A stretch of 64,000 nt of DNA, taken from positions 44,724-108,723 of the forward strand of contig CAVIQW010000002.1 of assembly GCA_963644915.1 (NCBI GenBank), in the 5' to 3' direction. The position numbers were made by a program, and so were the translations under genes. Numbering within the stretch: position 1 is the first letter of the stretch; each line of letters starts with the position of its first letter. Shown one piece after another: positions 56,761 through 64,000 of the stretch. The notes under the pieces are model-generated. The model was given only the letters and a program-made list of their open reading frames with translations, was not told the DNA's origin and did no database searches. This DNA is from Paratractidigestivibacter sp. (GTDB lineage: Bacteria > Spirochaetota > Spirochaetia > Treponematales > Treponemataceae).

Positions 56761-58437
56761 ATGAAACGATTTTTTGCAATTCTTTTTACTACGGTTTTTT
56801 GCCGATTTTTGTTTTGTCAGACTAAGATTCCTGAAAACGCAAATTTTTGGAGCAATTTTCCAGAACAAGAACTTGCAGAATTTATTGTGGGCCGTATGAC
56901 GGATGAAGAGCTTCTCAGTCAAATTCTTATGTTTGGCTGGGCTGGTGCAGAACCGGATAACCTTTTGTTTCAATGGGTTGGTGGTCGTGGCTTGGGCAGT
57001 GTAAAAGTATTCGGCTGGAATACCGATAATATTAATCTTGTTGCAAAATCGATTTCATCCCTGCAAAAAAGTGCCGCTTCAAGGCGTTTTAAAATTCCTC
57101 TTTTTGTTGCAACTGATCAGGAAGGCGGGTGGATTCGCCACGTAAAGGGTGAAACAGCGGTAACACCAGGAAATATGGCGATTGGTGCTGGTGGATTCCC
57201 TGTAGATGCGTGGTGTTCAGCGTATTACATAAGCCGTGAAATAAAAGTTCTTGGAATAAATATGAATTTTGCGCCAACTGTTGATTTATTTACAGACCAC
57301 GATTCAACGATAATAGGAACGCGTTCATTTGGTGATGACCCGGAGCGAGCGGGAATTCTTGGTGCGGCTTGGGCAAATGGCAGCCTTGCGGCTGGAGTGA
57401 TTCCCACAGTAAAGCATTTTCCTGGTCACGGCGACACAAGTTACGATTCGCATATAAATCTTCCAGAAATTGATATTGACTGGAAGACTTTTAAAAACCG
57501 CGAGCTTGTTCCGTTTGAATATCTTATAAAAGAAAAAGTTCCAGCGGTTATGTCTGGTCATTTAAGTTTTCCGCAGATTGACAAAAGCGGTGCGCCGGCA
57601 AGTCTTTCAAAATATTTTCTTACAGAACTTTTACGAAATCAACTTGGCTACGAAGGTCTTATTATCACTGATGATATGATGATGAACGGAGCTACAACGT
57701 ATGCTGGCTCGCTTTCTGCGGCTTTTAGGATGGCTATTGAGGCTGGAAACGACATTGTGATTTCTTCTACAACCGCACGACTTGGTGAAAATCTTTGGAC
57801 AAGCAATCTTTCTTTAATGAAAACTGACGAAAATTTTAAATCCCGGGTCAAAGATGCGGCTTTCCGTGTAATAAAGGCGAAACTTGAATATTTTAAAGGT
57901 GAAAACGCGGCTCCCCTTTATCCGAATCCTTCTGAAATCAGTAAATTTATTCCAGACAAGGAAGGAGAAAAATTTTTTCTTCAGCAGGCGTGCCGTTCTA
58001 TAACATTTTATAAAAAACCACAGGAAACATTGACAACAGAAAAAGCTGGCCGTGTTCTTTTGTGTGGTTCTTTGCCGCAATTTTTTACAGAAGGAAAAAA
58101 ACGTTATCCGAATTCTGGTGAATTTAAGTTCAGCTATGAACTTGGACCGAATGAAACTGCGTGGATGAGCGAAAATATCCTGAAACTTTGCGATTCTTAT
58201 GATACGTTTGTGTTTCTTGTGGCAAACCAGCGAAGCGCAAAAATTGCAGAGCAGTTAAAGGGCAAAGGCAAGAACGTTGTGATTTTTTCAATTATGACAC
58301 CGACATATTCTTTCGGGCTTGAATGGGCGGACGAAATTTTGCTTGGGTACAGCTGGAGCGGCTACACTTTGGAAGCAATGTTCGGTGCTTTGGATGGCGA
58401 ATTTGAGGCGGAAGGAATTCTTCCTTTTAAAAATTAG
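56761..58437 (+). CDS. Glycoside hydrolase family 3 beta-N-acetylhexosaminidase (NagZ-like), secreted
   Basis: 558 aa. Signal peptide, and the GH3 motifs DQEGG, KHFPGHGDT, GLIITDD. Confidence 0.85.
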   Translation: MKRFFAILFTTVFCRFLFCQTKIPENANFWSNFPEQELAEFIVGRMTDEELLSQILMFGWAGAEPDNLLFQWVGGRGLGSVKVFGWNTDNINLVAKSISSLQKSAASRRFKIPLFVATDQEGGWIRHVKGETAVTPGNMAIGAGGFPVDAWCSAYYISREIKVLGINMNFAPTVDLFTDHDSTIIGTRSFGDDPERAGILGAAWANGSLAAGVIPTVKHFPGHGDTSYDSHINLPEIDIDWKTFKNRELVPFEYLIKEKVPAVMSGHLSFPQIDKSGAPASLSKYFLTELLRNQLGYEGLIITDDMMMNGATTYAGSLSAAFRMAIEAGNDIVISSTTARLGENLWTSNLSLMKTDENFKSRVKDAAFRVIKAKLEYFKGENAAPLYPNPSEISKFIPDKEGEKFFLQQACRSITFYKKPQETLTTEKAGRVLLCGSLPQFFTEGKKRYPNSGEFKFSYELGPNETAWMSENILKLCDSYDTFVFLVANQRSAKIAEQLKGKGKNVVIFSIMTPTYSFGLEWADEILLGYSWSGYTLEAMFGALDGEFEAEGILPFKN

Positions 58438-59107
58438 GAATTTTCTTTAATTTTGTGTATTTTGCATCGCATCCGTGAACGTCTGGACGCAGTCCAAGAA
58501 TCCGTTCGTTTTCCGCCCGAAGCTGATTTTTTATCATTTGCTTAAAAACATCCATAAGCGGTTCTGGATTTGCCTGCTGGTTTGCAAGGTCTGCGCTTTG
58601 AAATTCTTTTATCAGGTAATAGCATGTTTCAATTGTGGAAACACATTCTGGTCGTGGTTCTTTTTTGAATGTAAAAATTGAGCGGTATTCGCCGGCAAAA
58701 GAAACTTTTGGCAACTGCAAAAGATTCGGGTTGTGCTGGATGATTTTTCGGCTGCAGAACCAAGTTGCGTCAATTATGATGGCAAGAATTGTGCGTCCGT
58801 TTACTTTTTCTTTGAATCCCTGCTTTTTTGCGTTCCAAGCGTCTTCTCCAGGGTAAAGCAAAACTGGAAAATATTGCGGGTCATTTAAAAGATTGTTCAG
58901 CCGTTCATTTTTTGAAAAATCAAGTCCTTCCAGAATTTCGCAGCCTTTTAAGGAAATTCTTGTTATCCAGCCAGTTCCGGTTCTATTTTTTTTGACTTCT
59001 TTTGGATGCATTAAAAGCACAAATTTTATTCCAGAATCAATTTCTTTCGTATATTTGCAAAGACAAAAATCGCCTTTTTTTTGGCAACGCGGACAACGGT
59101 AATTCAT
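58427..59107 (-). CDS. DTW-domain protein (tRNA-uridine aminocarboxypropyltransferase family)
   Basis: 226 aa. N-terminal CPRC...CLC Zn motif and the DATW motif (IIIDATWFCSRK). Confidence 0.8.
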   Translation of the reverse strand: MNYRCPRCQKKGDFCLCKYTKEIDSGIKFVLLMHPKEVKKNRTGTGWITRISLKGCEILEGLDFSKNERLNNLLNDPQYFPVLLYPGEDAWNAKKQGFKEKVNGRTILAIIIDATWFCSRKIIQHNPNLLQLPKVSFAGEYRSIFTFKKEPRPECVSTIETCYYLIKEFQSADLANQQANPEPLMDVFKQMIKNQLRAENERILGLRPDVHGCDAKYTKLKKIPNF

Positions 59108-59199
59108 AGGAATATTATATAGAATTTTTCTTATTGCTCAAGATGACAAAAAGATGTATTTTGTCAGAACACTATTTTTTATTTTTCTTGGAGCATTTG

Positions 59200-60918
59200 A
59201 TGTATAAGCCAGAGTTATTAAATACGTTAAAAAACTATAATGGAAAGCAGTTTTTGACAGATTTTATTGCAGGCGTGATTGTTGGAGTTGTTGCGCTGCC
59301 GCTTTCTATTGCTTTTGCTATTGCCAGTGGTTGTAGCCCTGAAACTGGACTTTATACTGCTATTATTGCCGGTTTTTGTATTGCGGCGTTTGGTGGAACT
59401 CGCTGCCAGATTGGCGGTCCGACTGGGGCTTTTACTGTAATAATTTATGCGATTGTGAATAATCCTCATCTTGGCGTTGGCGGCCTTGCCACTGCGACTG
59501 TTCTTGCTGGTGTTATGCTGATTCTTCTTGGAGTTTTTAAGCTTGGCGGTCTGGTTAAGTTTATTCCGTATACAATTGTTGTTGGTTTTACGGCAGGAAT
59601 TGCTGTTACTATTGCGACTGGTCAGATTGGTGATTTTTTTGGGCTTCATCCGCAGTTTCCGCTTGCAGTTTTTGGAAATGAATATTCAAAAATGCCGGGA
59701 ACGTTTAGCGGAAAAATTCTTGTGTATGTGGCTTCCATAAAATCAATCAATCTTTATTCTTTTGGAATGGCCGCTGTTTGTCTTGCTGTAATTTTTTTGT
59801 GGCCAAGAGTAACAAAAAAGATTCCTGGCTCTCTGGTTGTGATTGTTCTTGCAACTCTTGTAAATCTTTTGGTTTCGAACTTTTCAGGGGAAAATCCTGC
59901 GTGGCATACAGATATAATAAAAGACCGCTACACAATTCCGAATGGGCTTCCAAAACCAGCTCTTCCAGATTTTAGTCTTTCTACAATAAAAACAGTTTTT
60001 CCTACTGCGTGTTCGATTGCAATTCTTGCGGCGATAGAATCTTTGCTTTCTGCGGTTGTTGCGGATGGTATGCTTGGAACAAAACACGATTCAAACAATG
60101 AGTTGATTGGTCAGGGAATTGCGAATATTGCAAGCCCATTGTTCGGTGGACTTCCGGCTACAGGAGCGATTGCAAGAACAGCCACAAACATAAATAACGG
60201 TGGAAGAACTCCAGTTGCCGGCATTATCCATGCGGTTGTTCTGCTTTTGATAATGATGCTTTTTGGAAAATATGTTGGATATATTCCGATGTCGGCGTTG
60301 GCTGCAGTCCTTATGAGTGTTGCTTGGAATATGGCAGGAATTCCTTCTATACGAAAACTTTTAAGAGGTCAGAAGTCTGATATTGCAGTTCTTGCGGTAA
60401 CTTTTTTAATTACTGTTTTTGTTGACTTGACTTATGCTATTGGAGTCGGGCTGATTTTTGCGGCATTCTTCTTTATAAAAAAGATGATAGATGTAAGCGA
60501 AGTTCAGGAGAAGAGAAATACAATTATTTCTGGAATTACCGGTGATGGAACTGAGGAGCAACTGGATGTTCCTGCTGGTGTGATTGTCTATGAAATTGAA
60601 GGTCCTTTATTTTTTGCAACAGTTCAAAAGTTTGAGATTGCCGTTGAACGTGCAGGTGCAGAATTTGCGGTGCTTGTTATCCGTATGCGTAATACAATTT
60701 ATCTTGATGCTGGTGGAGTTCAGGCTCTTGAGCAGTGTAAAGCCGCTTGTGACCGTCGTGGCGTAAAAATCGTGATTTCTGGAATTCATACGCAGCCATA
60801 CATTTTGTTTGAAAAAACTGGAATGGCGGAAAAAATTGGTCGCGAAAATATTTTTGACAATATTGAAGGCGCAATGAACCGTGCAAAGGAAATTGTTATG
60901 CAAAAACAAAAGAATTAA
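59200..60918 (+). CDS. SulP-family anion transporter with C-terminal STAS domain
   Basis: MYKPELLNTLKNY... About 12 TM segments with SulP motifs and a STAS domain (VIVYEIEGPLFFAT). I prefer the ATG at 59200 after GGAGCA over the track start at 59134. Confidence 0.88.
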   Translation: MYKPELLNTLKNYNGKQFLTDFIAGVIVGVVALPLSIAFAIASGCSPETGLYTAIIAGFCIAAFGGTRCQIGGPTGAFTVIIYAIVNNPHLGVGGLATATVLAGVMLILLGVFKLGGLVKFIPYTIVVGFTAGIAVTIATGQIGDFFGLHPQFPLAVFGNEYSKMPGTFSGKILVYVASIKSINLYSFGMAAVCLAVIFLWPRVTKKIPGSLVVIVLATLVNLLVSNFSGENPAWHTDIIKDRYTIPNGLPKPALPDFSLSTIKTVFPTACSIAILAAIESLLSAVVADGMLGTKHDSNNELIGQGIANIASPLFGGLPATGAIARTATNINNGGRTPVAGIIHAVVLLLIMMLFGKYVGYIPMSALAAVLMSVAWNMAGIPSIRKLLRGQKSDIAVLAVTFLITVFVDLTYAIGVGLIFAAFFFIKKMIDVSEVQEKRNTIISGITGDGTEEQLDVPAGVIVYEIEGPLFFATVQKFEIAVERAGAEFAVLVIRMRNTIYLDAGGVQALEQCKAACDRRGVKIVISGIHTQPYILFEKTGMAEKIGRENIFDNIEGAMNRAKEIVMQKQKN

Positions 60919-60936
60919 TGCGCTTTTTCTTGTAGT

Positions 60937-61446
60937 TCATTCTATTTTTTGGATTTCTCCATCTTTTAGGTGGAGAAGCCGTTGATTTTCTGAGCCACGG
61001 AAGCGCAGCATAAGGTTTTTCTTTTCCTGAATAAAAGGACCGTCAATAAGAACATCAATGCAGTTGAGCATAAGTTCTGTGTAGTCGGGAAGATAGCACC
61101 TTCCGCCGGGCTGCAAATCTTTTTCAAAAATATAACCTGTCCAGCACCAGATATCTTTTTTGGGATAAATTTCTTTTAGTTTTTTTAAAAATGGAGCAAG
61201 AATCTGCTGGTTTTCTGGCTCAAACGGTTCACCGCCGAGCAAACTGAATCCCTGGATGTGAGACGGCTTTAACGCTTCAATTATTTCGTTCTGGGTTTCT
61301 TCTGTAAATTCATTGCCAAAGTTAAAATCCCATGTCTGTGGCTGAAAACATCCTGGGCAACAGTTTCTGCAGCCAGAAACAAAAAGGCTTACGCGAACGC
61401 CTTCGCCATCAGCTACGTCGAATTTTTTAATTGTGCCGTAAAACAT
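60937..61446 (-). CDS. nrdG: Anaerobic ribonucleoside-triphosphate reductase activating protein (radical SAM)
   Basis: Starts MFYGTIKKFDVADGEGVRVSLFVSGCRNCCPGCFQPQTWDF (CxxxCxxC cluster). The track ORF extends 65 codons further upstream, through a repeat element and into nrdD. I trimmed it to M66. Confidence 0.88.
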   Translation of the reverse strand: MFYGTIKKFDVADGEGVRVSLFVSGCRNCCPGCFQPQTWDFNFGNEFTEETQNEIIEALKPSHIQGFSLLGGEPFEPENQQILAPFLKKLKEIYPKKDIWCWTGYIFEKDLQPGGRCYLPDYTELMLNCIDVLIDGPFIQEKKNLMLRFRGSENQRLLHLKDGEIQKIE

Positions 61447-61461
61447 AAAAACCTTCAAAAT

Positions 61462-61542
61462 GGGGGCGTTATGGGGAACTCCCCATACGGTGGGTAGTCT
61501 AAAACCGTAGGGTTTAGACGTAGGGCGGTTGCCCGCCCTTTT
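61462..61542 (+). repeat. GC-rich structured intergenic repeat, copy 2 (nrdD-nrdG spacer, antisense to the operon)
   Basis: GGGGCGTTATGGGG-AACT-CCCCAT hairpin. Then GGTGGGTAG plus hairpin GTCTAAAACC..GGTTTAGAC. Then CGTAGGGCGG-TTGC-CCGCCC plus TTTT. Confidence 0.6.
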
Positions 61543-61552
61543 AAATTTTGAA

Positions 61553-63715
61553 CTATAAGTGAAGAACTCGTTCCTTGATTTCCTGGGTTCGTCCCTGATT
61601 CCAGTATTGAGTTCCGATGTAGCCACAGGTTCGGCGCGCAACGTTCATTGTTGACTGGTCTGTGTTGCCGCATTGTGGGCATTTCCAGATAAGTTTTCCG
61701 TCGTTGTCTTCTACAACTTGGATTTCGCCTGTGTAGCCACATTTTTGGCAGCAGTCTGATTTTGTGTTCAGTTCTGCGTACATTATGTTTTCGTAAATAT
61801 GCTTTAGGACTGCCATTACCGCTGGAATGTTCTGTTCCATATTCGGAACTTCAACATAACTTACTGCACCGCCTGGAGAAAGTTCCTGGAACTGGCTTTC
61901 AAATGTGAGTTTTTGGAAAGCGTCGATTGGTTCTGTAACGTGAACGTGATAACTGTTTGTGATGTAATTTTTATCTGTTACGTTTGGAATTTCACCGAAT
62001 CTTCGTTTTAATGATTTTGCAAACTTGTATGTTGTTGATTCAAGCGGCGTTCCGTAAAGACTGAATGCAATGTTTGTCTGGTCACGCCATTCCGCACATT
62101 TTTTGTTCATATAGCGCATTATGTCCAAAGCGAATGGTGTTGCACTTGAATCCGTGTGAGGTTTGCCTTTCATGTAGCGGACACATTCGCAAAGTCCTGC
62201 GTAACCAAGTGAAATTGTGGAATAGCCGTTGAACAGCAGATTGTCAATTTTTTCACCTTTTTCAAGGCGGGCAAGAGCGCCATTTTGCCAAAGTATTGGC
62301 GCAACGTCTGATGGTGTTCCTAAAAGTCGTTTGTGGCGAAGCATAAGCGCGCGTTTGCAGAGTTCAAGGCGGTCGTCAAAAATTTTCCAGAACAGGTCAA
62401 TATCTTTGCCGGATGAGCAGGCAACATCAACAAGGTTGATTGTGACTACACCTTGGTTGAACCTTCCGTAGAATTTTGGTCGGCCGGTTTCATCGCGGTA
62501 AACTGTAAGGAATGAACGGCATCCCATGCAAGGGTAGCAGTTTCCTTCTTTTAGTTCGAACATCTTTTTTTCTGAGATATAATCTGGAACAAGCCGTTTT
62601 GAGGTGCATTTTGCCGCAAGTTCTGTAAGGTAATAATATTTTGCGCCTTCTGTTATGTTGTCTGGCTCAAGGACGTAAATAAGTTTTGGGAATGCTGGAG
62701 TAACCCAGTAGCCTTTTTCGTTTTTTACGCCCTTATAACGCTGCTTTAAAACTTCTTCTATGATAAGAGCAAGATCGGCTTTTTCTTGTTCGTTTTTGGC
62801 TTCGTTTAAATACATAAAAACTGTTACGAATGGGCTTTGTCCGTTCGTTGTCATAAGAGTTACAACTTGATACTGGATTGTCTGTACACCGCGTGCGATT
62901 TCGTCTGAAAGTCGGCGTTTTACGATTGCGTCAAACTGTTCTTTTGAAAATTTGATTCCAGTTTCTTCTTCTGTTTCGGCAAGTTCTTTTGAAATCTTTT
63001 TGCGGCTTACGTCCACGAATGGCGCAAGGTGTGCAAGGGAAACGCTCTGACCGCCGTACTGTGATGAGGCTACCTGTGCGATGATTTGTGTTGCAATGTT
63101 GCACGCTGTTGAAAATGAATGTGGGCGGTCTATTTTTGTGCCGCTGATAACAGTTCCGTTCTGGAGCATATCCTCAAGGTTTACAAGGTCGCAGTTGTGC
63201 ATGTGCTGGGCAAAATAATCTGCGTCGTGAAAATGTATGATTCCTTCGTTGTGTGCCTGAACAATGTCTTCGTCCAAAAGAAATCTTTTTGTTATGTCTT
63301 TAGAAACTTCACCTGCCATGTAGTCGCGCTGAACAGAAACTACGGTTGAATTCTTGTTTGAATTTTCCTGTTTTACTTCTTCGTTTGCACATTCCAAAAG
63401 TGAAAGAATTTGCTTGTCTGTGGAATTCTGCTTTCGCATAAGCATATGGCGATAGCGGTAAGTTATGTAAAGTTTTGCAATGTTGAACGCACCAATGCGC
63501 ATAAGTTCGGTTTCTACAAGATCCTGAATTGCTTCTACGTTAAGTTCTACTTTGCTGGCGTGACATTGATTTGAAACCTTTGATGCTACTGCCTGAATAT
63601 ATTCTTCTGAAAGACGGTCGCTTTCTGGTACTGCGGCGTTTGCCTTTTCTATGGCTGTTACGATTTTCCTTATGTCAAAAATTACTTCTTCGCCGTTACG
63701 CTTGATTATTTTCAC
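61553..63715 (-). CDS. nrdD: Anaerobic ribonucleoside-triphosphate reductase (class III)
   Basis: 720 aa, GTG start after AGGTGG. N-terminal ATP-cone, C-terminal Zn site CCQKCG...CPQCG, and glycyl-radical motif RTCGYIG. Confidence 0.95.
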   Translation of the reverse strand: MKIIKRNGEEVIFDIRKIVTAIEKANAAVPESDRLSEEYIQAVASKVSNQCHASKVELNVEAIQDLVETELMRIGAFNIAKLYITYRYRHMLMRKQNSTDKQILSLLECANEEVKQENSNKNSTVVSVQRDYMAGEVSKDITKRFLLDEDIVQAHNEGIIHFHDADYFAQHMHNCDLVNLEDMLQNGTVISGTKIDRPHSFSTACNIATQIIAQVASSQYGGQSVSLAHLAPFVDVSRKKISKELAETEEETGIKFSKEQFDAIVKRRLSDEIARGVQTIQYQVVTLMTTNGQSPFVTVFMYLNEAKNEQEKADLALIIEEVLKQRYKGVKNEKGYWVTPAFPKLIYVLEPDNITEGAKYYYLTELAAKCTSKRLVPDYISEKKMFELKEGNCYPCMGCRSFLTVYRDETGRPKFYGRFNQGVVTINLVDVACSSGKDIDLFWKIFDDRLELCKRALMLRHKRLLGTPSDVAPILWQNGALARLEKGEKIDNLLFNGYSTISLGYAGLCECVRYMKGKPHTDSSATPFALDIMRYMNKKCAEWRDQTNIAFSLYGTPLESTTYKFAKSLKRRFGEIPNVTDKNYITNSYHVHVTEPIDAFQKLTFESQFQELSPGGAVSYVEVPNMEQNIPAVMAVLKHIYENIMYAELNTKSDCCQKCGYTGEIQVVEDNDGKLIWKCPQCGNTDQSTMNVARRTCGYIGTQYWNQGRTQEIKERVLHL

Positions 63716-63754
63716 TTTGTTCCCACCTCTTTGTTTTAAGCATAAAAAAAAGCA

Positions 63755-63801
63755 ACGCTATATATAGCGTCTGCGTGATAAAACTATACTATTGCTAGTG
63801 T
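63755..63801. promoter_or_regulatory. Tandem NrdR-box candidates upstream of nrdD
   Basis: Box 1, ACGCTATATATAGCGT (63755-63770), is a perfect 16-bp palindrome. Box 2, ATACTATTGCTAGTGT (63786-63801), matches 12/16. The centres are 31 bp apart. The consensus I recall is acaCwAtATaTwGtgt. Confidence 0.6.
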
Positions 63802-63811
63802 TTTTTTACAA
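63783..63811 (-). promoter_or_regulatory. Sigma70-type promoter candidate for nrdDG
   Basis: On the minus strand: TTGTAA (63811-63806), 17-nt spacer, TATAGT (63788-63783). The -10 hexamer overlaps NrdR box 2. Confidence 0.4.
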
Positions 63812-63901
63812 GATTTATAACGTAAATTTAGAAAACTATTTTTCTTGCAAAATTTTTAAATATGTGATTCAAAGTTGGACGAGTTTGCGATGTCCTGTGT
63901 C

Positions 63902-63971
63902 GGAGGGGTAGCCGAAGACCATAGGCTGAGGCGTAGGGCAGGCGCCCTTCTGGGGCATAATAAGACTGCCC
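63902..63971 (+). repeat. GC-rich structured intergenic repeat, copy 3
   Basis: GGAGGGGTAG plus GCC..GGC hairpin. Then GCGTAGGGC-AGGC-GCCCT hairpin. Then GGGCA..TGCCC hairpin. It shares the GGGGTAG and CGTAGGGC cores with 61462-61538. Confidence 0.5.
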
Positions 63972-64000
63972 GTGCCAAAAAACTGAATTTTTAGTCCTTG

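Noticed and set aside
60937-61641. Full 234-aa version of the nrdG ORF overlapping the nrdD 3' end by 89 nt
   Set aside because: The first 65 codons translate the GC-rich repeat element and the nrdD tail. The conserved NrdG N-terminus (MFYGTIKKFDVADGEG) begins at M66, so the CDS was trimmed to 60937-61446.

Overview
This window looks like a core chromosomal segment of a Treponema-like spirochete. The organism call is an inference from three things: a FlaB-type periplasmic flagellin starting [14 protein letters not shown], a FabV/TER-type enoyl reductase, and a spirochete-style spc/alpha operon layout (secY-rpmJ-rpsM-rpsK-rpoA-rplQ with no adk/map/infA).

Gene content in order:
- 1-13.1 kb: S10/spc/alpha ribosomal-protein superoperon, from a 5'-truncated rplD to rpsD. 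rpmJ is missing from the ORF track. An unrecognised 78-aa zinc-ribbon gene sits between rplQ and rpsD.
- 13-26 kb: orphan Liv-type binding lipoprotein, a putative outer-membrane protein, single-chain purL, a lipoprotein, two tandem CNNM/CorC genes, an RluA-family synthase and an acyl-CoA synthetase.
- 26-33.6 kb: a dat/ddc (1,3-diaminopropane) gene pair split by an opposite-strand GGDEF-NfeD-SPFH cassette.
- 33.7-36.4 kb: fabF and fabV.
- 36.5-38.2 kb: a three-gene minus-strand cluster (DUF308 membrane protein, divergent ThyX-fold protein, membrane-anchored multi-CxxC protein).
- 38.5-39.0 kb: tRNA-Ser, tRNA-Ser, tRNA-Arg and SRP (4.5S) RNA.
- 39-64 kb: pyrBIC, flaB, PurO-type IMP cyclohydrolase, trxA, perR-rubrerythrin, era, glgX-glgP, a long-chain acyl-CoA ligase, a glycine riboswitch with agcS, flavin reductase, a GH3 hexosaminidase, a DTW protein, a SulP transporter and nrdDG.

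I see no mobile element, CRISPR array or recognisable defence system. The most unusual signals are non-coding:
1. A two-copy ~185-nt palindromic or structured element (44.6 kb and 54.0 kb) whose helices keep complementarity through compensatory changes.
2. A family of GC-rich structured intergenic repeats sharing GGGGCGTTAYGGGG, GGGGTAG and CGTAGGGC cores (35.06, 61.46 and 63.90 kb).
3. A ~210-bp tandem array downstream of flaB. It carries the last 13 codons of a second flagellin, diverged only at synonymous sites.
4. A chain of at least seven hairpins with TTAA junctions at 14.4-14.7 kb.

All coordinates of RNA elements and motifs were read by eye and are approximate to a few nucleotides.
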